A DNA stretch of 64,000 bases from Marsupella aquatica (GCA_973895155.1 OZ316899.1:10505135-10569134), one strand, 5' to 3'; counted from the stretch's first letter, positions 26,181-40,965 are shown. Notes: a model not told the origin generated them from the sequence alone. Program-made: numbers and translations.

Positions 26181-27946
26181 TGGATATAGCATTGGTCACC
26201 TAATTATGTGTCCATCACCTATGGCACAAATGTAGTTGCCCAACCCATTCAACTATTGCTTCTTCTAGCAACACCAGCCAGAGTGACACATCATCCATTA
26301 GTAGTACTCTAGCAACATCCATCGCTAATCCTATCGATGTGATTGTGGTAGGGCCTGGAGTTGTGTTAGCTTTTAACCATACATGGTGGAGTTCTTTGAG
26401 GTATTGTGGTGCATCCCATGGCCCTCTAACCCCAATAACCCCCACTAGCAAGCCGGTTCTAACTATTTTTGGCTTGTTCCATGACTTATTGGCATGGGAT
26501 GCTGCTAACTTCTTACCCACATATACTGGATAGATGCTTTCATTGGGTCATGAGTTATGTTGCTAGCTTACTCTATACCTTTCCTTATCCTTTCTTTTTG
26601 GTCTTTTCTTCAGGTATGTTTGGATTCTGCCCTCAGAATGATGCCCAATTGGCTTGGGTAGCCGCTAAGACCTCTCTCAGCTTGACCCATCCAACTCTCA
26701 CTGCTTCTTATAACTTTTCTTACTCCCTTTCTCTCCTGTAATTGGTGTGGGCAATCTTCACACAAGTTGATGCGCCACACAAATAGAAAAATGACTCTTA
26801 CTGACTAAGTTACACTTGGTGCACATCCATACAATCAGTACTTCTCATACACAACATCTAAGTGGTGGACCTAGCCACCCGACGCCCTCACCAATCCCAG
26901 CACCTATGCCTAAGTGCCCCTGGTGCCCGAGCGCCTCCACGGAATACCTCAAGCAAGAAAATTGAAGCCCCTTGCATCCCCAACGGCTCCTCCCATACAA
27001 AGCCGCACTTGCTCTCTAACACGACCGTTGCTCAATGGTCCTCATTGTCTGCACAAACAACCAAACATCTTGGTAAGTAACCCCTCAGGATCTAGATCTC
27101 CTTAGTCTAGCATCCTAACTCAAGCTCAATAGACCCTCGTAAGTAGGTCAGCAATAGGTCCTCCCGATGCCATAAGCCGGAACCAGAACTGATGCCCACT
27201 GGTTGTCTAGAACAACTCCTTCCTTGGGCGCCGCATGACTTCCCCCTTGTACCTATCCATCACCAACTGATAGCCCTATCCCTAGGACATGCTCATGGCC
27301 CAATTAACGTAGCTTGTCCTAAAGCTTGTCCCAACACGCCGGGACCAGAATGACCACGACTATAGCAACCAACTCTTGGTTCTTGCCCCATAGATGGTCT
27401 GGGGCCAAGCACCCTTGGAACTCAACCTCCACCCCTACTTGGCCTTGCCTCCCCAACGCAAGCTCCCTTGGGAGACTAAATGCGGCTTGGTTGCTGTTTT
27501 GGCATGATTCAACAAGCGGGCGAGATAGCCCCCGCAAACCCCGAGAACCTATGGTACCCCCAGACCCAGATGAGCTCAAGAGGATGTATCCCTCCTTGAG
27601 ATCTTTCCAACGCACCTAAGAAGTCCCCCAATGGACTTCCCGTTAGGAAGTTATTGCCGTTGTCATGAAGTTTTCTTCCTAGAGGAGAAATCCTCATGTT
27701 TGGCTTGTGCAAAAGAAAAGAAAGAAAAATGATAAACATGTAATTTTTGCATTTTTATGGATGGATAAATGAAAAATTATTATAAGTGATAAACCTAACC
27801 CCGGTAAACTAGACTTACCCTAGTGAATAGGGACAAGAGGTGGTTACATAACCACCATGCCATGTACTATATAGGGAGCCCCCATACTCCCAAATGGAAT
27901 AGAAGGTAGTGAGTTTGTTGGCGCATGAGATCTATGTCCCTGAATA

Positions 27947-27957
27947 CGTTATCAGCA
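27947..27957 (+). promoter_or_regulatory. Primer-binding site, internal (half-molecule) tRNA-iMet type
   Basis: CGTTATCAGCA immediately follows the 5' LTR, instead of the usual TGGTATCAGA. Confidence 0.7.
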
Positions 27958-28370
27958 TGACTCTTGATCTGAGCATTTTTTTTCCTTACACATCAGCTCG
28001 AGCAAAATTTTGTTTGAAAAAAAATGGAAAATCTCCACACCAGCCCACGGAAGACAAAAACGTCTAAGGATTTCAGTTTTTTTTGAGGATTCCAACAAAT
28101 AGCTTTGCCCCCACATCGATCTCTCCTCCCCGAATGCAACCTTCTCCACAAAAATTACCCAGCATCTGGCGAGGACGGCCTGTGAAATATCGGAGCAGAC
28201 ACAAGGAAGGTCGATACAAGGCAAACGGACCATCAAGAACCATCAGGGAAGTCCCGATCCCATCCCCCAAGATTACACAATTTCAAACAAGATATACCAA
28301 GGAAAACTTAAGCAATTTCCATTCATTGAGACACCTCCGATTACCAAAGATACAATACTTCGATTGAACA

Positions 28371-31300
28371 ATGACTACGATTGAGAAATTACAATTTAAG
28401 GCATGAGCCATAGACGGTGCAAATTATTTAACATGGTCACTTGACATTGAGGCCTATCTTGCATCCAAAGACTTGCAGGACGCAATCCTAACCGACACAG
28501 GCCTCACACTACAACAAAAGGCAAGAGCGCTAATCTTCATTCGACATCACTTGGCCGAGCCACTCAAGACCCAGTATCTGAACCAATATAATCCCAGAAT
28601 ACTCTGGGAAGATCTGAGATTACGGTTTGACCACATGCGGCTTGTCTCCTTGCCAACGGCCCGCCACGACTGGATCAATCTTAGAGTCCAAGACCATAAC
28701 TCAATAGCGAACTACAATGGCAAACTATTCCGGATCACCTCACAACTAGCAGTTTGCGGCCACCCCATCAACGACGACGAAATGATAGAGCGCACCCTTT
28801 CAACGTTCAATGCAGGAAACTTACTCCTGGCATCACAATACAGAAATATGGGCTTCACTAAATATTCTGAACTGATCGCATATATGCTTCTTGCCAAAAA
28901 AACCAATTACTCCTCCTGGAGAATGCCAAATCTCGCCCACCAGGGGCCGCTGCACCCCCCCAAGACCAGAAGCCAACTTTAATCGCCAGAACAACAGGCC
29001 CAGAAGGAGAGGAAATGGAAACTTGAGGGGGAGAAGAGGCAGAAACCCCGGTAGGGGTAGATATCAACAAGGCGGCAGAGGCAACGGCCAACCCGATAGA
29101 GAAGACCAAACATTCAGAAACTTTAATAGAAGAGGTGGATACAGAGGAAGAAGAGGCAGACTCGGAGGAAGAGGCCAAGGGGGACACCACGCCAGGGGAT
29201 ATTACAATTGGAACCGAGAAAACAATAACCCCACTGAATGTTTCAGGTGCGGAACAAAGGGACACCTACAAATTAAGAGACTGTGGGGCACCCACACACC
29301 TGGTCACACTCTACAAGCAAAGCCAGGAACAACCCACTAACGGAGCACAGGGCAACTACATGGAGGCCCTAGACAACATTGAGGGCTACAGATTAGACCC
29401 AACAATACCCGAGGTCCACACCGCCCAACTAGGCTCCACCTCAACACCACCGAACGACCATAGTAACTGCATTGTGGACAGCGGAACATCTCACTCAATA
29501 CTACAAGACAGACATTATTTCCTCCGAATCACACCATCCAACAGATCCATGACAACGATAACAGGACCTAACCACATAGAGGAAGGCTATGGCCCGGCCA
29601 GAGTCAGATTCCCAAAAGGGATTACAATCTACATTGACTCAGCAATTTACGCACCAAGGGCCACAAGGAACCTAATCAACTTCAACAATATCTGCGCAAA
29701 TAAGCTACACATTCACACTGATACCCACAACAACAGGGAAGTGCTGCAGATACTAGACAACACCAAACCAGGGGGAGGAGTCCGAGAGATCTTACCAATT
29801 TACCCCCATGGCTTATACATCACCTGGATACACTCTTACCACACAGAACTCCCCACTCTCAATTTAACTCAAACTTGGCATAATCGCCTTGGTCACCCCG
29901 GCACCAATATGTACCATAACATTCTGAAGACCACGATGGGGATACCCCACGGAGTTCACCCCTCAGCCTCAAACAAACCCTGCATTGCTTGTTCACAGGG
30001 AAAGATGGTGACTCGGCCTGCACCATCAAAAACCATACATAAGATCCCACAATTTTTAGAGAGGATACAAGCAGATGTCTACGGGCCAACCAAACCACCC
30101 TCCGGCCCATTCCGATACTTCATGGTCACTATAGACGCCTTCACCAAATGGTCACAGGTCTCCTTGCTCTCCACACGGAACCTAGTCTTCACCAGAATCT
30201 TATCTCACATACTGAAACTCAAACACCAATTCCCAGAGAATCCAATCAAAATCATCAGAGTCGACAATGCGGGGGAGTTTACCTCAAAAACGTTCGACAA
30301 CTTCTGTGAGACTGTAGGGATAGACACCGAATACCCGGTCCCACACGTCCACTTCCAAAATGGTATCGCCAAATCAGTGATAAAACGCATATAGATGGTG
30401 GCCAAGCCACTGCTAATGCAATCCAACTTACCAGCCTCAGCATGGGGCCATGCGGTCCTGCACGCTACCGCCCTCCTAAGAATAAGGCCATCCTCCTTTA
30501 ATACCCAGACCCCTCACTTCTTGGCATACGGAATGCCATCGGACATCACCCATCTCCGAACATTCGGATGCCTGGTCCTGGTCCCAATACTAGGCCCCAA
30601 ACGGACCAAAATGGGACCCCAGCGACAATGAGGCATCTACGTGGGACTAGACTCACGTTCTATCATTAGGTACTTGGAACCTACGACAGCAGACGTATTT
30701 AAAGCAAGGTTCCAAGACTGCCAATTCTTCAAAGAGGAATTCCCAACTCTTGCTGAAGACACTGCTAGAAGCGGACATGTCAAAGCGCAAGAGCTACAAT
30801 GGCTGCCCACAAAACCAATCACTGATGACCACCGGACCAAAGAAGCAGACCAAGGAGTACAAAGGGTCCTCCATTTACAGCAGATGCTCACGAACTTACC
30901 TGACTCTTTCAACAATGCAGCCGCAGTCACACGGTCACACATGGAGGCAGCAAATATACCCGCAAGAATTTCATGGACAGCCCCACAGGCAATGGCAGCC
31001 GCACCAAAGGCAAAACAGGGCCGACCTCTAGGCTCCAAGGATACGTACCCGCAACCACCACGCAGCGCATCACCAGCACCCACGGCAACCCCTGCACGAA
31101 GATCACCCCCTCCAAGGGATACAGCAAACGAGGAAATAACAATCAGGTACATACACACCGGACAGGTGATGCAGCAAAATACAACACAAATCAGTGACCA
31201 CTTTGCATTCCATATCTCTGAGGAGATAACCAACGAAACCCCCGACCCCATTACAGTAGCAGAGGCCCAATCTCAACCAGACTGGCATCAATGGGAGCTG

Positions 31301-33055
31301 GCCATAAACTCCGAATTAGACTCCTTGATAAAACGAAACGTCTTTGGACCCGTAATCCCTGCACCCGTAGGGACACACCTTATGGGATATAAGTTCACTT
31401 TCTTGAGGAAGCGAAATGCAAAGGGAGAGGTAATCAGATACAAAGCTCGCTTGGTAGCGAAGGCCTACACCCAAATTCCCGGTCGGGACTTTGGCCAAAC
31501 ATACTCCCCGGTGATGGACTCCATAACATACCGGTACCTCATTGCATTTACACTCCTGCACAAGCTCGTCATGTACACGCTAGACGTGATAACAACCTAC
31601 CTGTATGGTATCCTAGATACCACAATATACATGAAGGCACCCCCGGAACTGATCAAAAGAATAAGGTTCCACATTGAGGGGGAGAAGAATGGTACCACAG
31701 ACCGCGGTCTACAATCGGGCCTAACCCAAACCGGCCCTACAGGCAATTTGGACAAAATGACGAGCCAGCTTGGACCTGCAATACCGACACCAAAGGATGT
31801 GCTTCACACATGCGACCTCAGGAAACAAACGCTCCTCCTACCAAACACCTCTGCTACACAGCCAAAACGAGTCAAAAGAGAACTCGCAGTCCAAGTCCTA
31901 CGCTCAATGTACGGATTAAAACCGAGCGGACGCACCTGGTACAAACGATTCAAAGCTGAAATGCTTGCACTGAACTTCAATACTGACAACATTGCCCCTT
32001 GTTTGTTCCTCAAACAGGAGGCAGATGAATTTGTTATCATCGCAATTTATGTAGATGACATAAACATCTTTGGCACAACAACGATAATGCACAAGACAAT
32101 CAAAATCCTGAAGAAGACATTCGAGATGAGGGACATTGGGAAGCCTAGCTATTGTCTGGGATTACAATTCAACTACTTGCAACAGGGAATCCTGATCAAC
32201 CAATCAACATATACCAAAAAGGCGCTACAGAAATTCAACATGGCATCCGCCCACCCGGTCAGCACCCCCATGGACCTGAGATCCTCAGACCCCACAAGGG
32301 ACACCTTTAAAAAACAGGCAGAGACCGAGGAGATTCTTGGCCCCGAGAAGCCATGCCTCTCAGCCATTGGGGCCCTGATGTACTTGGCGACACAGTCATG
32401 CCCCGACATTGCTTTCGCCGTTAATCTACTTGCTCGCCATAGCTCCAACCCCACAATCCGATATTGGAACGGAGTAAAAAGGGTATTCTGATACCTGCGT
32501 GGCACAACGGACATGGGGCTATTCTTCCCCAAGAACTCAGAAAACATGTTGACCGGCTACGCGGACGTGGGCTACCTCTCAAACCCAGACGATGCAAAAT
32601 CCCAAACAGGATACGTCTTCCTACAAGGTGGCACAGCGATCTCTTGAAAAAGCAGCAAACAATCACTCACAACGACCTCCTCAAATCACGCCGAGATAAT
32701 AGCACTTTACGAAGCCACCAGGGAAAGCATCTGGCTGAGAAACCTGATAAACCACATACACCTGCACACAGGCAGAGCGCAGCTAAAGAAACCAACAACT
32801 ATATACAAAGACAACCGACCCTGCGTGGAGCAGATAGTCCAGGGATTCATTAAAGGGGATAGAATCAAACACATAGCACCCAAATTCTTTTTCACTCACG
32901 AACAGCATGGCGAACAGGTCCAAGTACAATGGACTCCAAGTAAAGACAACCGCGCGGACTTGTTCACTAAACCACTCCCACCAGCACTACACCGCGAACA
33001 TGCATACGGGATAGGACTGCAAAGTATGGCATCACTTTTACAAGGAAAAGAATGA
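28371..33055 (+). pseudogene. Copia gag-pol (gag, PR, INT, RT, RNase H) with several stops and a frameshift
   Basis: Motifs NYLTWSLDIEAYL, CIVDSGTSH, WHNRLGHPG, IRVDNAGEF, RYKARLVAK, YVDDI, KGDRIKHIAPKFFFTH and ADLFTK. Confidence 0.93.
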
Positions 33056-35665
33056 CGCAGGCCATTGAGGAACTTACCCAAACTGCACACCCATTACTGC
33101 CAATCAAACTGATACAACGGGAGCTCCAACATCATATGCTACCCCAATCCGCCACCCTGAACCATCGAGAATCATGCAGAACCGATGAGACTTGATCAAT
33201 CCCAACACACAAACGACGACCTCCCGACACGGCCGCACCGACTACCAAACAAACGAAGATTCAAACAATGTCAGCAGCCCACCAAAGCAACATTCCGATG
33301 ACTGGAGGCATTCAACCCGTGGCCCGCAGGATTAGGGTAGGAGCGTAAACAGCTCCTTAAACATAAACACAGACCACGAGTCTTTAGACACATTAACGGA
33401 CACATACATAGAGATTACACCTTTTAATTTCCCTTATGCACCCTTTTTGCATACTATAAGGACTTACATTCAATAACTGGACCCAAACTTATGTTATAGT
33501 AGTGGCACTCTTCCCATGATGGAAGCATGGTTTTAATGAGACCATACTACATTGGGCCAGACTATAGACCATAGGGTTAGCTTTCCCCATCATATGGTGG
33601 GTTGTAACACACTCATCACCCAACCAAGGGGGAGTGTTATAAGTGATAAACCTAACCCCGGTAAACTAGACTTACCCTAGTGAATAGGGACAAGAGGTGG
33701 TTACATAACCACCACGCCATGTACTATATAGGGAGCCCCCATACTCCCAAATGGAATAGAAGGTAGCGAGTTTGTTGGCGCATGAGATCTATGTCCCTGA
33801 ATAAAAATTGTATAATGAGAGTAGTTTTGAGCCAATGAGGAGTTGGTTGGCGGATCCTACATGGCTAAATTCCATTGGTGTTCCTTTTTCCAATGAAGTT
33901 GAGTTTGACAAAAATGGACCAATGACAATAAGTTTTTGTATTTCTTACTATATTTAGTAACGGGAAAATAAAGTGAGTTGGCGGGATTGTTTGTCGACCA
34001 TTGACGTCATCAATGGTAATTCGGGTCTAATGGTTGTGATGATGAAGTGACTTTCATTTGTTGCATATTTGGCTTAGTCTTAGCCATTTATTTATCATTT
34101 GATTGTCATGGGGCTTATTTTGGAGGTAGAGAGTTATTTTGAAGGGTTAAAACTCTGGTTACTTGTTTGAATGGTGTGGTGGCAGCTTGGGGTTTGAGTA
34201 TGGAAGGGGTAGGTCATGCATGGCATGCTGGCTGCCCCCTACTTGCTCAAACTTAATTATGATTTAGTATTGGGTTACAATCAAAATGGTGGCAGTTTCA
34301 AATTTGCAAGCAACTCAAGAGGAGACAAGTGTTGGTATTGGCATGGCTAAGGGTGAAGCTCAAGCTTGAGTATGACAAGTCAAGCTATGAGATAAGGTCG
34401 AGCCTTGCCTTGGTGGTGAGCTGTTGTTTGTGGAAGATAACCAGGTGGTTGAGTTCATAGAGGTGGCAAAAGCTAGTTGGACTGAAAGTTAGGCCTTGAC
34501 AAGTGTTGGGGAGGCTTGGAGGGTGGTTGGAGCTTGAGTCTAGGTTGGATTGAGATTGGTCCATGGTTTTGTTGTTGTCTGGTCCCTATTTGCTCAACAT
34601 TCACTTGGATTTAGTGTCTGGTTTATGGTGGAGAGGTGGCGGGCAGTTGTTGGACTGCTAGTGAATTGCTGCCAAGTGCTTGGATGGTGTGAAGTGGGCT
34701 GGAGGAGGAAGTTGCAAATTCTGATGGGGGAGGCAGGTCAAGGGCTTAAAGGAGAGCTTGGAGGGAAGGAGGGGATCATTCTTCATTCTCACTTTCTCAA
34801 AGTTGAGAGCTTGGAGGTGGGGAAGAGAGATATTGCCATGATTGTGATAGCTCCTCTCTTCTAGGTGCCTAATGTTTGAAGGGCCTAGTTGAGAGTTGGG
34901 AGGTACTTTCTTTGATGGAAGAGGGACTTGGGGAAGTATATGTGAAGGAATTAGGCTTATGTGTGCTTGGAGGTGTGTTGCCTAACCTTGAGTGCAACTA
35001 CTTTGGTAATTGACTTGTTCATTCATCTACCGGTGTGGATTTGTCTTGCCTTGGGGGTCTGTGTAGCTTGGAAGAGGCATCTTTGTTGCAATCCTTACCC
35101 AATATCTAGAACATTGAAGGTAAGGTGGAAATTATTGGCTTCACTCTTTTGCGGAAGTGCTGGCCAATTTTCCACTCAGTTTGGGAGAAGGAAACATTGA
35201 AGGATGATAAGTAAGGAGTATGGAAGGGGAAGAGCTTTTCTCCATGGTTGAGGCTTTGCTTGCTTGAGAGTTGAAGTTCTTGAAGTTGTTATGATGGTGT
35301 AGGACAAGAGTAGATAGGCTATTTCAAAGTCTTATTTTTGATAGACTTGTTGGAGGGGTTGAGATGCAATCTTATACATACTACTAGGTGTTACTTGCTA
35401 GGAGGGTCTTGATGAAGACCTACTTTTGACTTAGAAAAACCTCTAGTAATTTTTATTTGATTATTGAGGAGAAGTTGTCCTCAATTTTGTAAATGGATGA
35501 GTTACTTTGCTTTGGCTATGGATGAGGTGGATATTTTTGTGATGCTTGGTTGATTAGAGTTGTCTTGTTGGAAACTGTAAACAAAGGAAATAATTAAGTA
35601 GAATTAGTAACAAAACTTCAAGTAGAAGATAACAGATAGAGTATTTAAGAGGTGCAGTAGTAGAC

Positions 35666-36585
35666 GTGAATAATCTTTGTAAGATGGCTGGGATGATAAC
35701 AATAGAAGGCACAACAATCTTTGCTATATGGAGTAATATAGGTTTAGGGTTTTGTTACAAAGGGTGCGATACAAAGTTAGATGATGGTAGGGACTATGCT
35801 CTAGCTAGGCATAAGAGCAAGGCAAAGAAGGCAAGTAGGAGTAGGGCGATTGAATGTTCTTAGCAGAAATCGGGACATTCATATATGCAAACCTGTTGGA
35901 GAAGGGAAACCCATGTTTAGGTTTATGATTCGTATTAGAGAAGGAGACTATAATGTATGAAACAAGGCAGGATAACAGTTATTTGGCATGGATGGTGAAG
36001 CTTTCCGACGACATTTTACAACCAAGGAGGCTATTGAGGAATTTTGCAAGGGAATCATGTCATCAAAATGGAACCTAGTGTTGGGACGAGAACTCAATCA
36101 ATGACAACGTGCTAACTGGAGGTTAATCATTGCTGAACAAGTAATCATTTTCCGGAACATTGTGGAACCGGAAGAAACATTGAACGTCTGTAACTTGACC
36201 TCAGGAGTGAGAAGCTTAACCATTAGCAGTTTGAAAACAATGGTTCCAGCCACAAACCTCTTACAAAGATGTGTCGTGCAGTAATTCCGAGGTATTCTAT
36301 GTTGCAAGCAAACATGAGATTTTGATAGCGAGCAAATTTTGATAGCGAGACAATAATGGTTCCAAATTTCAGTTGCTTTTTGGTGCCCTTTATATTTTTT
36401 GTGTTTTTTTAAGGATTCCAGATTGCTAGCGAGCTCGCTAGCAAAAAGGGAGTCCCCAAAAGGGATGTTACCAACCAGGTAGTTGATAGCGAGGCACTTG
36501 CATGTAGAAAATAGGGGTCATGCAGGAAAGTTTTTTGCTCGTGCAAGTAAAATTTTTACTGTTGGCTTGCACGTTACAATTACCC
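35666..36585 (+). mobile_element. Probable remnant of a MULE related to 52687-63030 (right end), with a degraded RPA/OB-fold-like coding trace
   Basis: The end TTTTTACTGTTGGCTTGCACGTTACAATTACCC resembles the MULE right end TTTTTTCCTGTTTCCTCGCATGGTAGTCATACCC. It carries the same palindrome (36423-36444) and GATAGCGAG half-sites. Confidence 0.45.
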
Positions 36586-39500
36586 TAGTAATTCCAGTTA
36601 GTGGTGGATAGCAGTTGGGTGACAACGGATAGCGGTTTAGTAACCGCAAACGGCAGTTTAATAACCGCTATGCGGTTATGTTCAATCAATCAGTTAGATA
36701 ACAATTTTTGGTAGAATAGCAGGAAAGTTAGTAACTGATAGACCTTGCAGGAAGATGGTATTTAAATCTAGCAATGGCAAAGGGCAAGGTGTCACTTTTG
36801 CAATAGGAAATCTGATTGAGAGGTGAAGCTAGACTTCCCTTGAGATGGTCAGTAGTTTGTATAAGTGTTCCCTACTCAGATATGAGTAGAAGTTTGATGT
36901 TAAGAAGTAAAGAGATTATTATTGTACAACCTAGTAGAGATTTGTTCTTGATTGAGTGACAACTGCGAGTAAAGGATATAGAAAGAGATTGAGATTGAAT
37001 GCAAGAGTATGAACAAAGAGTAAATGGATTCAGAGACTGAGAAAACTGAGAGGTAAAGAGAAGATTGAGTGAGATAATTTGACAAGCCAAGCTTATAAAG
37101 AGAGTCAGGTCTGTCAAAATTACAATCTTGATAAGAGAATGATGAGAAGGGATGTTAAGACGGTCAATTTCCGACCGCAGGGATGAATGAGGATTAACTC
37201 ACTCAGAGTGAGGACATTGAGGTGTAATACCTTACAAAATCAAGCCAATAGACAGCTCATAAGCAGTAAGGTCTGGCTGGAGTGTGTGTGTCTTGAGGAT
37301 GACAATATAGTTGTCATACACCTCCAACATAATGGAGTAATTGTTGAATTGATATTTTACTTACAAATAGCTCTTCTTGATTTACTTCATTACATATGTA
37401 ATTGATCGATCTCCTTGAGAGTGAATCAATGAGACGATTGGATCTAATAAGATCACAATCACCGAAAGCATGAATCCTAACGGCAAGGATAGGAAGAACT
37501 ACTCACTAATTAGACTCAGACCTATTGAACTGTAGATCTGTTTGATTGGTTCGCACTTGATTACTTGTCAATTGAAGGAAGAAAGTATTCCAATTTGCAT
37601 TTTCACTTACCGCGAATAGTGTGGATTCATAGAAATTGTATACAGAGAAGGATTGGTATTAACTGAGTATCCGGTAGCAATCGGTAGAATTACTAGATGA
37701 CTGAGTACAAAACTAAAGGAGAGTATAGGCGCTTGCAAAAGTTGTATGCTATGGTGCAAAGAGGATAGTTTTGAGTACTATTTGTTAGCACAACTGCTGA
37801 CGATGTGTTTTGAGAAGGAGTTGATGACTCCTAAGGAATGCACACCTGCAATTAGCGAGTAGATATCGTTCCAATGGAGCACATAGTCTCAGTTAAGTAA
37901 AGGAGATAGCATAAACCCTATATGTACTGGAGACCATGAATTATTATTCAATTACCACAAATTTTGTAAATGACTTTACTATGAAGTTTGTGAATGGAGA
38001 TGGAAAGAATTGCTAAAATCTTGATTAAGTACGATCAATAGATGGGTAAAACACCCATTAACAAGGAAGAAATGGAAGGTGAATTTGAAACTTTTCAAGA
38101 AAGTGGACCAAGAATAGAAATCGACAATAGAACAGAAACATCCAGAGCATAAGAAAAAGAAGAACAAGTTTTCTCAAGACTCAACCAATTGGAGGAAGTA
38201 ACCTAAGAATAGTGCCAACTGCGACACGGCAGGTTAAAATACCAATTTTTAAAGGAGCATCACATGAAGATGCAGATACACATTTGGCTCAGTTTGAAGA
38301 AATGCTCAGAGCTAATCATGAACATAACGATATAGCATGATTAGAGCTATTTCCAAGTTCTTTGGATAAGGAAGCATTCGTATGGTACACACAATTTCCC
38401 GCTGATCACTTTAAAACATGACCAGATTTTGCTAAGGAATTTCTAGATCACTATAGGAGGGCAAAAGAGGAGTCAGATCTTTATAGTATATTACAAAATA
38501 TGACACAAAAGAAGGGTGAACCGGTACAAAATTACATTGGACGATTAAAAGTAACTATGAGACGATTAACAAACAAAATGGTGAAAGGATTAGCTGGATG
38601 CGGAAAGCAGTAAAAGGAAGTCTAGTAATAGTTGTAGAACAAAATCCTACTTCCAATGCAGATGAGTATGAAAAAAGGTTAATACAATTAGAGGGCATCA
38701 CTCAAATGTTGAATCAGGAGAAAAACAAAAGTAGTAAGGATGAAGAGAAAGTAAGCCGTAAGGCTGAAACAGTTAAAATTGAAAACAAAGAAACAAGAGA
38801 ACGCCCTGAAAATAGAGAGCGAAATGAAAGCAGTAATCGTAAATTTTGTGAAATCCACATGAGACCAGGGCACACTACTCAAGAATGTAATCAAAATCCA
38901 TTTAAGAAAAGACCTAATATAGGAGTAAATCATGTGGGAACACGTAAGCAAGAAGGAGATCGTATAGAAGCCAGCCAAGGGTATTACAATCCTAACAGAA
39001 ATCCTAATCGAAGACCGTATAAGGAAGGGGGAGTCAAGTATCCTCCTATTTGTTTTTACTGTTGATTAACAGGGCATATCAGAGGACCAGATTGCAAATT
39101 ATGGATGAAACATATGAAAGAAAAAGAAGAAGTTGCAAGAAAACCACCAACACTGGTAAACACAATTAAGGTGGCAGCCTATGTAGTGGCGAGATCCTAG
39201 GGACAACTTGGAGAAGCAGTACAAGAAAATCCTTCAACTGGGAATGAAACCGCTTTTGACTGGCAGCGTATGGATGCAACAACACACGACATAGCAAATG
39301 GGATTTGTCATGAACAGCAAAATGAGGTATTACCTCAACCAGAACGATTAACACGTTCTGAACCCTATGTTGAAGTTGGAACCAAAATTCTGGAAGAAAT
39401 AGGACCAATTAATGATTTAAACTCAGATCAATCGTTTGGGAACTGTGATCTACCAACAACACTAGACAAGGCAAACAAACAAATAGTGGACAAGCTAGTG

Positions 39501-40965
39501 CAGCTTATATCAAAAACAAGGTAGATCTTACCATCGAAGAATTATTTCAACTAGCACCACAATGTAGAGAAGTAGTGTTACAAAAGTTGGAAGGCAAAAC
39601 GGCTTCGACAACATTACCAGGAGTACTTTTATATCAAGCGGGAAAATTTTCTTTAATCGATAAAGGAGCGGTAGTACAAATAAGTGTTAAAGGAATTAAA
39701 TTAAAGAATGTCCTACTAGACGGGGGATCTGCAGTGAATCTTATGAGTGAGCGGACGTATAGAATGTTGGGAAAAGTGAAATTATTACCAGCACCTTTTA
39801 ATTTGGTGATGGCTGACTAGAGCAACTGTCACCCACTAGGCTATGTGCCGGACTTGCCCATGTTAATCTCAGGCATTAAGTATAATCTGGGCGTAGTAGT
39901 ACTGAGAGATGCAGATTCAACCATGGGGCAACCAATGCTACTGGGACGGCCATGGTTAAGACAGGCTAAAGTTAAGCAACACTAGGGTGAAGACAAAGAT
40001 TATATTAAGATCGAACATTGCAGAAAAATATTCAAGATTTGTACCAAAGCCATCGATGATAGTACACCACCCATGGCTAGGGTATGTACACTTAATTGGG
40101 CCGAAGGTTTGAATGAAGAGGAAGAAGAAACTTATATGAAATGTTGTCCTGACCTAATACCGATTAGTGAAGTGGAAGTAGTTAAGCTGGACGACATACA
40201 AGGAATGACCAAAGAGAAAATGGATCATGATTTGAGAAGTGATTTATTAAATCACATCAATCCTCAAGGTATTCAAGATTGCTCTCTGGTAGAAGAAGAG
40301 GCTTCCGCAACTTTGAAGAACATTCCGGAAAAAGTAATTAGTTGGAGTGCTACTGAGGATGAACATACTCAAAGAATTAATTTGGGTGACAATGATAAAC
40401 CTCGAGAGGTTAAAATCGGGAAGCAACTGACTCAGGATATTAAACAACAACTTCTTACTTTACTCAAGGAATTTAGAGAGTGACATTTTTGCTTGGGATT
40501 ATACAGAGTTAAAAGGTATACCGGAGACAATTGGGGTGCATCGGATAAGATTGATACCAGGATCTATACTAGTACATACCCAACGGTATCGAATGAATCC
40601 AAATTATGCTGAAAAGGTTAAAGAGGAAATACAAAGATTACTTGAATGATGCAAAGTTTATCGAACCTATTAATCATTACACATGGTTATCACCTATTGT
40701 GGTGGTACTAAAGAAAAACGGGAAACTCAGGGTATGCATTGATTTTGCAAGCTAAATGCGGCAACACTTAAAGATTCATTTCCTGTACCTTTTCTTGAGG
40801 CAGTATTAGACGTCGTAGCAGGGTTTAGGGTTTATGGTCATTTTTGGATGGTTACAGTGGATATAGTCAAGTACGATTGGCTTCAGAAGCTAGAGAACTA
40901 ACAGCATTTATCATGAAATGGGGTGCGTTCCAATGCTTAGTGTTACCCTTTCACTAGTACATTTT

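Larger units (their letters stand above)
27778..33803 (+). mobile_element. Full-length Ty1/copia LTR retrotransposon, Bianca-like
   Basis: 169-bp LTRs (27778-27946 and 33635-33803, 3 transitions apart), TSD AAAAT, PBS CGTTATCAGCA at 27947, PPT AAGGGGGAG at 33626-33634. Confidence 0.95.

Noticed and set aside
26181-27772. Possible host gene or gag in short ORFs (also 33810-35560)
   Set aside because: No recognisable motif or consistent frame. Probably old degraded repeat interrupted by the copia; left unannotated.
36586-38200. Exact 5' LTR and PBS of gypsy element E
   Set aside because: The composition is LTR-like, but with no second LTR or TSD in the window the boundaries cannot be supported.
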